In this document: positions 39,901-53,049 of the stretch, in pieces
Position numbering within the stretch: position 1 is the stretch's first letter
Layout: each line of letters opens with the position of its first letter
Source: Ruditapes philippinarum
Lineage: Eukaryota
Reading direction: 5' to 3'
DNA length: 56,880 nt
Assembly (NCBI RefSeq): GCF_026571515.1
Contig: NW_026853984.1
Location: forward strand, 1 to 56,880
Position numbers and translations under genes: made by a program
Notes under the pieces: model-generated
The model's input: the letters and a program-made list of their open reading frames with translations, nothing else
Database searches by the model: none
What the model was told of the DNA's origin: nothing

Positions 39901-40830
39901 AAATAAGACAACAAAGCAAAGAGTGATAGTCATTTTCAACATTTATTCTACACGATTTATAAATACGATAATTTCAGTCTATCAATTCCATTCTATTTCT
40001 AAATAATGCAACGATAATAAATTGAGAAATTGTTTGTCTAGGAGAAGTTCTTTTTATTACTTCATATGTTTTTTTCACAGATAAAACTACACGAATTTAA
40101 ATGGACCGATGATATTGTACATAAATGAGTATGGGAAGTCCTACGTTCAAAACTAGTTCTTTACATAAAAGTGACAAAGGTAAACGGCCAAGCTCTCCTA
40201 ACACTGCAGAATTGTCTGGGTTTAGAAACCAAGAATGTCCTTGCTAAAACAAAATGAGTTTTATTAATTTCTTTCAGATAATATCCTCCCCATACTTCTG
40301 TACAGTAAAGAAGTATAGGAACTACAAGAGAGTATAGATGTGTGTATATGATATAAACGTGTTTGTTAATATTCTTTCTATGCAAATAGTGGAAATAGTT
40401 TAACCAATTTTTTTTAAATAGGTCGTTATGTCCGTAGAATTTTCTTATTTGAAGGAGGCCTGCTATATAAGATTTTACGGAGGAAAAAATAATAATCAAA
40501 TCAATATATTGTCTAATATTCATTGTCGTAGACAATGATTTATTGGTATCTCTTATACACACAGCAAGTGTTATCTTTCATCGGAATGGAACACTCAATT
40601 CAAAATTGCCATTGATTATCATAAATAATAACCTGTTATGCGCAAATAATCGCACGTTGTATTAAAGTATGTGTGTTTACTGATTTGCACGTTTCATTTT
40701 GACGAAGACATTTTTTGCATGGAACGTTTTAAAAGAATTACCTAAAAACAAACATTTATTGCCTGATCAAGCGAGACATTTATTTGGAAAAATAAATTAC
40801 TCAGATATTTTATTCCCATAGGTGTTGTTT
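33930..40830 (+). pseudogene. Decayed family gene, block C; most complete member of the LINE-containing lineage, interrupted by the LINE at ~39700-40345
   Basis: ORFs 36024 and 36721 are near-identical to 8533 and 9231. 38550-38680 gives FYKSFIINVICI..T*TARVLYSCILFLLLASYIH. After the LINE, 40350-40830 resumes with homology to 4640-5115 (YCLIFIVVDNDLLVSLIHTASVIFHRNGTLNS; YAQIIARC). Confidence 0.65.
39840..40345 (-). mobile_element. Decayed CR1/L2-type LINE 3' fragment (copy 3, retains the original 5'-truncation junction)
   Basis: ORF 40161..40562 contains LYSLVVPILLYCTEVWG, a conserved post-RT motif of this clade. Collinear with 12735-13335. Confidence 0.85.
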
Positions 40831-40894
40831 CGCTATTAAGAAAAGACAATTATGTTAGTGAAACGTACACCGACAAGATAAAGACATTTTATCT

Positions 40895-41668
40895 TTCTTG
40901 AAAATGTTATTTTTAGTCCTGACGATAAATCACTTCCTTGAAAATGTTCTTTTTAGTCCTGACGATAAATCACTTCCTTGAAAATGTTCTTTTTTAGTCC
41001 TGACGATAAACCACTTCCCTGAAAATGTCCTTTTTAGTCCTGACGATAAACCACTTCCCTGAAAATGTCCTTTTTAGTCCCGACGATAAATCACTTCCTT
41101 GAAAATGTACTTTTTTAGTCCCGTCGATAAATCACTTGCTTGAAAATGTTCTTTTTTAGTCCTGACGATAAATCACTTCCTTGAAAATGTCCTTTTTAGT
41201 CCCGACGATAAATAACTTCCTTAAAAATGTTCTTTTTAAGTCCTGACGATAAATTACTTCCTTGAAAATGTTCTTTTTAGTCCCGACGATAAATCACTTC
41301 CTTGAAAATGTTCTTTTTTTAGTCCTGACGATAAACCACTTCTCTGAAAAATGTTCTTTTTAGTCCTGACGATAAACCACTTCCCTGAAAATGTTCTTTT
41401 TAGTCCCGACGATAAATCACTTCCTTGAAAATGTTCTTTTTTAGTCCTGACGATAAACCACTTCCCTGAAAAATGTTCTTTTTAGTCCTGACGATTAACC
41501 ACTATCTGAAAATGTTCTTTCTAGTCCTGACGATAAACCACTTTTTTTAAAATGACCTTTTTAGTCCCGACGATAAATCACTTCCTTGAAAATGTTATTT
41601 TTTAGTCCTGACGATAAACAACTTCCCTGAAAAATGTTCTTTTTAGTCCTGACGATTAACCACTATCT
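40895..41668. repeat. Minisatellite, 40-41-bp unit, ~19 copies
   Basis: Unit tgaaaatgttctttttagtcctgacgataaatcacttcct, starts at 40899, 40939, 40979 and so on. No unique spacers. Confidence 0.95.
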
Positions 41669-42399
41669 GATTGCAGTGCATATTAAGAGCAGCTTAAATG
41701 ACATTATATTTCATGATAAATGAATACTTTTGTCAGAAAAGTACGTATTTTATACAGCAGACTGTAAAAGTAAAGATACGCAACGTGTGAAATAAGAATT
41801 ACCATACCATTACCATAGTTTGATCTTTTTTTTTTCTTTTTTTTTTACTTCATTTTTTATCTTTTATGAAAAACAACAGAATCAACATAGCAACATATTT
41901 TCCAGAACAGTCGTTTGTTTTCCAATTATTACAGATGTGGGTCAAAAATAAATACCAGGATGATATTCGTCACTTTTTTCTAGGAAATAGAATTTAGAAA
42001 CAGCGACTGCGGAACAATAATTACGGCATTTAATTCAGATAGAAAATAGAAACATGTCGCTAAAATTACAGAATATTTTTTTACTTTGTGATATAAATAA
42101 AAGGCACGCCCAAGAAAGGATACTTTTTTCTTTCTTTTAAATACATATTTTTAATTATTGATATAATCTTTTTTTCTTTTTTTCTTCTTCTTCTTTTTAT
42201 TTTTGAATTCACAGACTTTGAAGATGGCAGACGCCTTTTTGACATTATATGAAATGTTTATTGAAGTATGTGGTGATTATGCAAAATTATTGTTCTTTTT
42301 TTTGTTACCCCTTGACTGATCCTATCAATAGCATGTCGTGGATTCTGTTCATTATATAGATAATACGCTTCAGAGAACTGTTAATTGAATTAACTTGAA

Positions 42400-45300
42400 T
42401 TAAGGTAGAACATCGAATATAGCCGAAGTGTTAACGAAGAAAAATATTAATCGATCTATCGCTATCATCACACCCCTCACCTCATTTGAATGCCATTACC
42501 GTCGTACAGATGAGATCAAACTTGGCCATGTCCATACCAATCATACCTTGAATCGGTATTCTATTAACTTCTGTTGTAATCTGTTGTTGTTGCAAGAGAG
42601 AGGAATAAATTGTCGATAACTGCTAGCATGCGCTAGTGATAGCGTTCGATTGCTTCAATCCAGTACATGCATACATTTTTAATCATTCTGTATAATATTC
42701 TTCCGGGAATGTTATGGATCCGCTTTTCATGCGATAGTGTGCCGCATGTCTTTGCGTTTCGCAATTTAGGTTACAAAACATATAACAGTTTGACTGAAAG
42801 TCCTATTCAGTCAGTAATAAAACAATTGATTGTATGAAGTTAGAGCCAACTGTAGTGTTTATCATATAGTAACAATTAGAACTGAGTAAATAAGAATAGT
42901 GAAAGATCTAAAATCAATTTATTGTAAAAGCATGCTAAAAGTGGATTAAGAAATGTACACATGCTCTTATGTATTTATTTGTAATATATGAAGGAATTAT
43001 GAGTTTAAAATACTGTATACAGTTTGTCCGTGAAGAAATTTTAAATGCGGTGCTATAATCAGCATGCATAGGAGTTTGTATTGAAGTTTTACACCACAGA
43101 CATAGAACATACATCAATCAAGATATCATTTATTTATATGTACGGCGTATAAGCAGTCATGTCGTATTGTATCTATTGTGATAAGATATTGTATGTGTCT
43201 ATTCAGGTATCGTCGGATCAACTGACACGACACGATGGGAAGAGTCTTAAGCCTTACCATCGCTTTCCTTTCATTTGACAAGAGTTTTTATAATTGACAG
43301 AATAAAACACAAATCCGCACCGATCCACACACTGAATCATTTCAAAACATTTGTTACAATGCCTGAGAGAGTCGTTCCAAGATACCCTGTGTAGTACTCT
43401 AAATATAATCCAAAAAAAGATTTTTACTTGCAATATTCTTGTGGCCTGTCTAATTTATATGATCTTAAACCTTCTGATAGTCTACTAGAAAATAATAAAG
43501 TTTATGCTTGATGCATGCAATCTGCACAAAAGGAACAATATCTAGGTCACAATAGACAGACTATAGAAAGCACACCAGAAAGTCTATTCGATTGACATAG
43601 ATAACTTTATGGGGAGAGCTAGCAGAGTAATGGCACTGCACACTCACATATGATCTCGCGTTGATATATAGAGTACTAATGAGTCACACACACGGTATAG
43701 AGAGGTCACGACATAGGAGTATCGAGACGACACACCGGAGCTATGAACTGAGTGTAGTTAGTTGATATAGTTGTTGAGATGTTTTTAGTTAACTGCTTCT
43801 ATCTGGGGTGAATAAGACTGTTGGTGCATATTGTTTATTTGTCAATAACTACAATACTTCACACACACTGTATGAGAAGGGTTACTGATTGTATTGATTA
43901 AGGATAGACTGAAAAAATTGGAGTTTTTTGGATTTACTTCTCATCTGGAGCACTGGGTGCAATAGAGCAGATAGATAAGTGTGAAAAATGGGTGCGGTCG
44001 CTGGCGCTTTTCACTTGCAGTGTTTTTCTATATTTAACGGTTCCTTTTTCGCGATTCGTAGCTCTTTAATCTGTATGTGTTTTTTTTCATTGGTTTACTC
44101 ATGTATTTGGTGTTGTTTAAGATTTTTTACTTTTGTGGCTTGCTTGTTTTTCTGTTTTTGTATGTTTCGGAGTGAAACTTATTGTTGTTTCTTTTATGTT
44201 GGTTTTTAGAAGAATATAATGTTAATAATGGACTATTAAAATACTATTTTTAGAGGAATGCCATAGTTTTGTGATGTAATATAATAAGCTTGCGTAATTT
44301 TAAAAAAATATTTTATCTTATTTGTTGTTTTATTACAGGCGTAATAAATTTTAAAAGTTTATTGTTTAAAGATTTTTGTCATTTTACTAAGATGTAATAT
44401 TCATAAGTGAATTTGGATTATGAATTCTTTGAGTGCAATTGCTTATTTATGATGTCTTTTTAGTTAAAGAATTATTTTAAAGATGTTAAGTAATCGTTTT
44501 TTTGTAAAAATAGATATATATATTGTTTGAAAATGTTAATTAGATATTAATGATGTATTTGATATTATAGTTTTTACTGTTTTCTTGATTTGAGTTTCCT
44601 GTGGTTTGTTTTTTGGTATGTATGTTTGATGAATATTGAAATAGAGATGGAATAGTTTAAGTTGATAGAGATATATAGATATATATATATGCAAATTACC
44701 GCTAAAGAAATATTGGTTAATGTTATTTTTTGTGGGTTTTATTTATTTTGGGTGGGGTTTTGGTTGGTTTGTAGTTTGGCGTGATGGACGGTTGGGTTGG
44801 TGTTTTAAATTGTTTTTGTGTGAATTTAATTTTGTTCTTGATTTTAGTTTGTTGATTTTGAGTGTATGGGTTATGGTCTTATTTTATTTTGTTTTTTGTT
44901 TAGGTTATTTTTATTGTTGTATGGGAATAGTGGATATTTTTTATTAGGGTTGTGGTGTTAAACTTGTAAGATTTGGGTGATGTGTTATTCCATTGTCTTA
45001 TCAAGAATAGAAATATGAGGGGATATTAATTCAGTGGAAAAGCAACTGTAATTCAATATTTATGATAATTTATATTAGACGTTTTTCGATGTAAATTTGA
45101 AGTTGAAAACAGAAGGGTGTTTAAAGATTAAATTTTATGAGCCTGTATAAATAATATTGGAAAATTTGTTATTTTATACCGTTTTTAAAAGTGGTTGGAA
45201 GGGCGGTAAGTGCAAATAATTGAGAATGAGTGGTTTGTTGTTTTTTTTACCTGTTAAATTATTCCGATTTAGTACGATGAATAAGTTTATAGTATTATGT

Positions 45301-48300
45301 AAATGTCTCTCAGTTATTTTCATTCTAATTCGTGTTTTCTTTGTAAGTGAGATAGTAGATGTGTAGAGTGGTGGTGGAGTGCATTTACACTGTTCGGGAG
45401 ATGGAGATAAAAGTTGGTTGATTTTCTTACTTTTTAATTTTTCAATTTTTTGAAAATATAAATATAGTATTGGATGTGACTTAAATTTTCTGGTTTGGTG
45501 AGTGTGGTGTGGGTTATGGTGGGTTTATTAGGTTAGGGTGTAATTAGAGTCAAAGGCATTAGGATAAATAGTTAAATGAAAATTACATGCATATATTATT
45601 GTTGTGATTTTTTCAATTTATAACCTCGATTTCATATATTATTAAAAATCTCTTTAGTATTTATAATATATTATTAAAAATTCTTTATATGAACTTTTTT
45701 CAACAAAGAAGAAGATTGAGCCTTTTTATTTGCTTATAGATATATTTCACAACATTAATTATACCCCAACAATGTAAATGTCATGTTAGGGTCCGTAATT
45801 TGTTGAAGGGATATCTTATCACACCTTAAACTTATTCGGTTATTGTCTCTGAACTTCTACTATATTTTATGTAGGACGATGCTTATTTGGCGCTACCACA
45901 GATTGCGCATATGCGCGGTAAAATATTATCCGACGATCGATTTTTTCATGTAATGAGCGTGTATTGTTTCTGATATTGCTGGCTGATGATTCCATAGTTC
46001 AGAAATATTGAATGCAATGTCATAGGATGCTCCATTTGAAGTTCTTAATTTTAATGGAATTTTTTTTTTTGGAACTTTTTTAGAAAATAGAAAATTAAGT
46101 TAAGAAAATTTGTAAAAATACAGTATGCTCTTTATTTGTTCAATCCCATGCGCTTTTAGCAAGTATTATTGTAATTTAACCTTACAACATTGTAAAAATT
46201 TGATGAAAATTGATGTATTTAGCAGAAATATTAAAATGGTTTAAATAATATTATTTTGTGTAATATAATGTACACGTCGAGTTCAGACTCTTTCTGGTTG
46301 AGAAGAAACAAACTCTTATCAAACTTCCTTAGCATGAAAGATAAAATATTGATGACATGCAAATTCTTCACTTTGTAAGAATGTTTACTGATTAATGGTT
46401 CTGTTGTTACTTAACAGAGAAAAATTATTGAACTAGAGAAAATATTGGTGTAACTGCTTATGGATGAATGCCTGTTTGTCTAGAAACTTGTTTCCATGAT
46501 GGGCTGTTTATTATTTTTATTTAATGGTATCACAACCACTTTTTGTAAATGTTTTGTTTACTGTTTTATATAAATTTTTATTTTGGGAGTTATTTTTATC
46601 ATGTATAAAACTTATCTTGTAAAAACGTTTTGCTTGTTTTGATTTTTATAAACTCATCATTTCTATAGATCCGAATAGAATATTTAGCTTTATAGATATT
46701 TTACATAAGCGATATGTTAAAATAAAATCAAAACTTATTTGTAATTATTTTTAGGAAAATGGAGAGAAATGAAAATAGTTTAAACAAGTTTATTCGGCAA
46801 TGTAAATATGCTTTTTGACCGCCTACAACAAGTTTATTATACGAAAATGGGATTTATAATAAAACAAGTTCATTTGTAAGAGCATGCTTTATTTGCAAGT
46901 AATATGTTTTAATTTGATATAATGCAATAATCTAAGAAATTTCTACTGTTTCTTGTATTTTTACCGAGAAAAGAAATACATATTCAAGAGTAAGAAAATA
47001 AATAATTGATTTAATGCAATATTTAAGATTAATTCCTCTATAAAAGCTATAAAAAGGAAAAACAAAGAAAACTGTAATATTCTTTTCCAACGATTTCTAC
47101 TGCACAGTTTACCAAATATGATCATTTTCTGTCGATTCCAACGATTTTTCCGCTTTCCAAATTTTCTGAATTATGTAACGAATATCTAAATCGAGATATT
47201 GTTTGTCTAAGAGGAGTTTTTATATTGCATCGTAAGTTTTTTTAAGATAAAACCCAAGACCTATATTAATTTAAATGGAATGATGCCTTTACTCTGTAAA
47301 TATATTGTATAAAGTAAGTCTGGAAAGCTCAATGTTCCCTATAAAGTGACAAAGGTACACGGCCAAGCTCTCCAAACACTACTGAATTGGAAATCTGGGT
47401 CGGACAACAAGAATTCTCTTGTTAAAACGAAAATGACATTTATCAATTTCTTTTAGGATATTCCGAACCCAACGTGTAAAATTAGAAATACCATTCCATT
47501 CCATTACCATAGTTTGTTGTTTTTTTTTTTTGTTGTTGTTGTTTTTTTTTTAATAAAAAAAACAGCGGAACCATCATAGCAGCATATTTTCGAGAACAGT
47601 CGTTTGTTATTCCAATTATTATACTTATTACAGATGTGGGTCAAAGATAAATACCAGGATGATATTCGTCATTTCTTTTTCTAGGAAATCGGATTCTACG
47701 CGAAACATATGAATATGAATTTTGAAACAGCGATTCGGGACAATAATTACGGCATTTAATTCAGAGAGAAAATAGAAACATGTCGCTAAAATTACAGAAT
47801 ATGTTTTAGTCTGTGATATAAATAAAAGACACGTTCAAGAAAGGATACTTTTTTTCTTTCTTTTTAATTAATATTTTCAATTTTTGATATATTCTTTCTT
47901 CTTCTTCTTCTTCTTTTTTTAATTCACAGACTTTGAAGATGGCAATCGCTTTTTTGACATCATATAAAATGTTTAATGTAGTATGTGGTGATCATGCATA
48001 AATATTGTTCTTTTTTGTCTCCCCTTTGATTGTATCCTTTCAATAGCATATCTTGGAATCTGTCAATGATATACGAGTAGATTCCGAACAAAAAATGTTA
48101 ATTGAATTAACTTCAATTAAGAGAGAATTCGATATAGCCCGAAGTGTAACGGAATGAAGATATTATCCGGTCGATCACTCACTCCAATATTTAATGTAAA
48201 AAATTATTCGCACAGGACATTTAGTGACTCATGGCTTTGGGCATGGACCATACCAATCATACGGGAATTTTCGGGCATTTTCTATTACTTATGGGTTGGT

Positions 48301-48900
48301 ATCTGTTGTTTTGATAGATTTTTCTGATAAATGGTCCTCTTCTGCTTGAAACCAATAATGCATGGATTTGGTTGATATGATTTCGGAATGTGTAGATTCA
48401 GATAGTATTCGTTGTTTCGTGTTTATGTATAGGTTATAAGGTGACAATTTAACGATATTCCTATTTCGTCTGAAAGATGATTGTAGGAAATCAGTATTAT
48501 GTTTGTTAGAAAAGATAAATGTAAAAAGTTTAGAAAATAAATCAAATTTCATTTAAAAGCTCTAAATGGATTAATGTAAAAATGATGCTTGTGTATTTAT
48601 CATTGGACATCTGACAGGAAATTATTAGTTTAAATACAATGTATATTGTCGCATTATAATAGACAATTCTTCAATCATAATATAAAAGATATAAATGTTA
48701 ATATAATTTGGCTTGGTGGTATAAAAATTATTGAATAACACGGTGATTTATAGTTGCTTTTATCTCAATCAGTTAAAATCAATGTTTATCAGAATTTTTG
48801 AAATCAATTCTAAAAATTAAGTTTAATTCAAGTGCATATCGTAGATTCCGTATATATGAATCAAGATCTAATTATGTGCTCACGATTTCGCAAATGTCTT
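42400..48900. other. Error-rich, probably unpolished single-long-read sequence; noisy copies of blocks A/B
   Basis: Dense 1-2 bp indels relative to sister copies (42430-43000 vs 29160-29640; 43250-43500 vs 24810-25050; 45000-45950 vs 10910-11900) and a strong G/T skew at ~44000-45600. Confidence 0.75.
46870..47455 (-). mobile_element. Decayed CR1/L2-type LINE 3' fragment (copy 4, noisy)
   Basis: Collinear with 27715-28320. Confidence 0.8.
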
Positions 48901-50200
48901 CATTTAAATTTTGGGCAAAAACGAAAAACAACACTAAAAAACTGGTGTTATGAAGCTAAGCACTTTGTGCTTTTCTTTCAGAGACATATGTCATTATTTT
49001 TGGAATTGCCACTATACAGTCCTTAACGACCAGACTTGTAACTGCTGTCAATCAAAATGTTAATTTGTAGACACGGTGCTTTCTATCTATTAGAGCAACG
49101 TTAGATAGATGTTGATGTAATCGAATATTTAATATTTTATCATTATCCTCTTATGACAGACTCAATCAAACCGAGTCTTTAAGTTCTATTATTTTGTTTA
49201 CATTCCTTCAGAGGTTATTCCTTTTTAGATTTTCAATATACCCACACATGTTATTTCACTCGACTTTTAATTTTAAAATTATAACCTCTGTTCATGTGTA
49301 AAAATTTTACATTTCCTTAATTTCAAAGCTACTTTTAGGTGGCGGTTGTCCTCAATTTTAAGCAATCATGCGTCACTATTGACAATAACATCTTTCTGTG
49401 ATTTTAAAAAAGTCTTTAAATTTGATATTTATTTGAGGGATAAAGAACGCTTAATGTTTTTTTTCTGGCAAGGAAAATCCGATTACATGCCAATCATATG
49501 AATATCGGGTTAAGAAATAGCGAATGTGAAACAATAATTTAGCATTTACTTGCTAAGAGAACTAGACAATTGGTTGCTGATCAACTAGATAATAATATTT
49601 TCCTCTTTCTGTTGCTACAATAAAAGACACGATCGATTTCTATTCTTTATTGATACGGCGTGTATCAGAATGGTTTCAATGATTAATTATTTTTATTTAT
49701 AGAATGAAAGCCCAGTCAGTGTTTCGCCGTTGTGCCTTCATTTTGTGTTTAGTTTTGGGCCCTGTTGGTCTCCTTGCCCGTTCCGTACTGTCTTGATGGG
49801 TTGTGTTTGGAGATGCGTACATTGAATACTACCCTTCTTTGTTTGTCTTTGCTTTCATATTGCATTTGTTGTAGAACAACTGTGTTTGGTAGTAATAACT
49901 TCCAGTTTTAACAGCCAAAACTAAATACATCTAATCATTAACGGAAATGCCCCTTTTTATGTAGCTTCTTCCCTATACAGTAACGATATAGATACTGACC
50001 ATTTTAATGTAATGCATATGAAAACATGTGTCTATCTAACATGGAAACAAACTTGTCACCACGCAATAGGAAAATTGCAAATTTCTGTGAATTAAATCTT
50101 TGAATGGGTGACAAGGTCCAATGAATGGATTATATGTTATAATATGACATTTGAATTTTTTAATGCTGTGATAAGTGATATAATCTATTTAAATGTGAGA
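48030..50200 (-). pseudogene. Minus-strand paralog, block D
   Basis: Collinear with 13480-15720 and 29060-31090; lacks the 13798 MITE. Confidence 0.6.
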
Positions 50201-50299
50201 ATAAAGTTATAATTTGATTATAAATTTGCCTCTCTTTACGGATTCTTAAATGTGCCTCACTTTCTCTTTCATTAGCAGTTACCGCAATAAATTGATGTT

Positions 50300-50880
50300 A
50301 TTAAGAATGACACAGTGATATTTACGCAATAAATAATGAAGGATCTGTACTTTGATTAAATGTGTTTCGGAAATTCTTCCTTTGAAGGGAATTGTAAAAT
50401 AAATTGCTTAAGTCATAAAATTCTAATTATAACAATAAATTTTACATACATGACTGTACCCTTTTCTGTATAAATGTTCAAATTGAAAATGTTTTATATT
50501 AACGTAGATTAATTGATCTGGAAAAACGTTACGTTTTTTGATGTCCGATTCATAAGCGTACAATAAAGCAACTGCTTGTTTAAATTTCCTTCTAAAGACA
50601 TAGCTTTATTTCGATCAATGCATTGTCTATTGTTGATTGTCTTAGACTATGATTTATTGCTATCATATATATTCACAGGAAGCATTCTCTTTCTGCAGAA
50701 TGGTTCACTGACTGCTATATTGTAATTGATTTACATCAAGTAGTAAGTAAGTAAATAGCGAAGCACGTACCGCACAATTAAGCGTTCATTTGATAGAAAA
50801 ATTCAGATTTCTTTCTTGTTCCGGTTTGTTTCAGTCAATCATTTTGATTTTGATGGGAATAATTGATTAATGACATTTAA
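50300..50880 (+). pseudogene. Paralog of the C-terminal unit, block D
   Basis: Near-identical to 15830-16440. Confidence 0.6.
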
Positions 50881-51509
50881 ATGAATGTATGAAATTTTTA
50901 TGAATATGGAAAAACTCGACATTTCGTTCGGCTGTGTATTCCCCAAGTTGTTGGACGGAAAAAAACAAACGCATACGTTACACATGTTGCCACAACGACG
51001 TGTGAATTAGATAAATTACTGTGCAGGCGTAAACAGTTTCCACGGATTCCCTTAATTGTTTTGCATACGATATGTGAATCAGGTTTTACAATTTTATGCT
51101 ATAATAGCGTCAAGGATACGTTTTCCCGTGTTATCCGGCTAGTGCATCAACCGTTCCTCGGTACTATGCAGACGTTATAAAACGAAAAAAAAAAAACGTA
51201 TAGCTAACCCTTTATAATAACAGGAGTTTTCAATTCATATTTGTCACTCTATATAATAATAATTTTCGCATATACGGCAGAGAATATAAAATGTAACTCG
51301 AAAGGTCAAACTGAGGAAAAATCAATGTCAACATTTATCAATTGAAAATTAATGATATGTGAACACATTATCGCACGTGTATATTATCCCACATAAAAAC
51401 ACACCAGGCTACATAAATGTTCAAATCATTTATTTTATTTCCTGTTACACACAATAACAAATGAAGACATATCAAGTGCTAAAATATTTATGTCAGGATG
51501 CAATGGATA

Positions 51510-52118
51510 CTGGGGTTGGTGGGACCACCAAACCGGACAACCACCCAAACCCGGACCGTCTCTGAAAATGCTTAATTTAGTAATTTCTTTGTTCAGTGGT
51601 TGTCAGTTACTTTTTTGAATCAACGGTAAATGCATGCTTCTTCTAAAATTAAGTAAATAAATTTATTTCAACCTCCGTAAATTATAAATATTTTATGAAT
51701 GTCTATTTCAAAGAATGTTGACGTTGAGATTATGGGTAAAGAAAGCAATGCCTGACCTCATATACCAGCTATAATCATTTGCAGAGTTAACAATAGACTG
51801 TCCAAAACTATAGCATTTGTTGCTGAAATATTGTATATCATGTTAAAAATAAAGAATCAAAACACCCAAGCTTTTACCTAAATAAAATAACGTCATATAC
51901 ATATCTGTCCGGACACATGGTACTGTAGTGTAGACAATTTAGGTAATTTTGATACCCTCCTTGTCGAGCCTCAGATATAAGTGTCAATACAATCAGAAAT
52001 GCTAGTTAGGAGAAGAACCTAGCTGAACTGTGTCTAATTTGTTGGACTCTAGGTTAAGAATTATGAAATCTGTATGGAAAAATGTTCAAAAAGTGTCCGG
52101 TTGATGGTCCCCGACCAG
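51510..52118. mobile_element. Tc1/mariner-superfamily MITE (~609 bp) with a TA target-site duplication
   Basis: Left end TA|ctggggttggtgggaccaccaaaccggaca and right end tgtccggttgatggtccccgaccag|TA are inverted repeats. Empty site at ~17068 (caatggatatagagaaggaaaagc). Confidence 0.9.
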
Positions 52119-53049
52119 TATAGGAAAAGCTTAATATTGTATTATTATTGAATTATTTAATCTGTAATTATGTTATACGTTTACGTTAAAGTATTTGCTT
52201 TTCGTCGTTCTATTGTTTGATTGTAATGCTAAACTTTGTATTTTCGACCCGAGTCCTATATTAATTGCAATAACTCTTGTCTATCAATCTTTTGGAATAA
52301 ATGGATCAACGTAAGTCAGATAAAATTACATAAAAATGTTGTGTTTACAGAATGTATTTGACCTCACTGTTAATGTAATGTTATTTGTCTTCACGGGTCC
52401 ATTTCTAAATAATGTCAAAATGAAATAAGTTGTGTCATAATGAAATTAGAAACAAAATAATTGTTGACCCAAAAAAATACGGACAGAAATCATTAATGTG
52501 ATGGGTTTGGTAGCAAAACAACAATATTTAGGTGGAATACATTCGTCAATTGTCATAACCGTCAAGAAAGTTGAACAATATCTTTTTTCATGAATTGATA
52601 TTAACTATTCAAATCAAGTATTTGTGGCAATCTACCGAAGCATTATTGAATATGCAAAATTATTATTGGCCTTCATTATCTGCTTATCTTTTTTCCCTTC
52701 TTCTTCTTTTGGAATTATGTCAAATGTATGCACGCATTGCAAACAGAATGATAATATCTATTTCTTGTTTTCGACCTCAGAAAATTTGGCACAATAACAG
52801 GAAATAAAACAAACAAACAAAACACGGAAATCAAATGAAGTGTTGCTTACCACAGTCTTGAGTTATCCTTGAGCATGACAAACTGACTTTAAGGAGCAAA
52901 AAAGCTCGCTTGAATGGACAGATAAAACATAGTTCAATTTCATTCAATCATGATTCTCTTTAATCATGCAAAGTAAAAAAATGATGTATACTATGAACTC
53001 CACTAATCTTGATTGCTAAATTGATACTTATATGTATAAGAGGGACAAG

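Noticed and set aside
40895-41668. CRISPR array
   Set aside because: Units abut with no unique spacers, there are no cas genes, the context is eukaryotic, and the unit derives from a single-copy monomer.
43988-44947. Hydrophobic membrane-protein ORFs 43988..44209 and 44720..44947
   Set aside because: Products of G/T-skewed low-quality sequence; not conserved in the sister copies.
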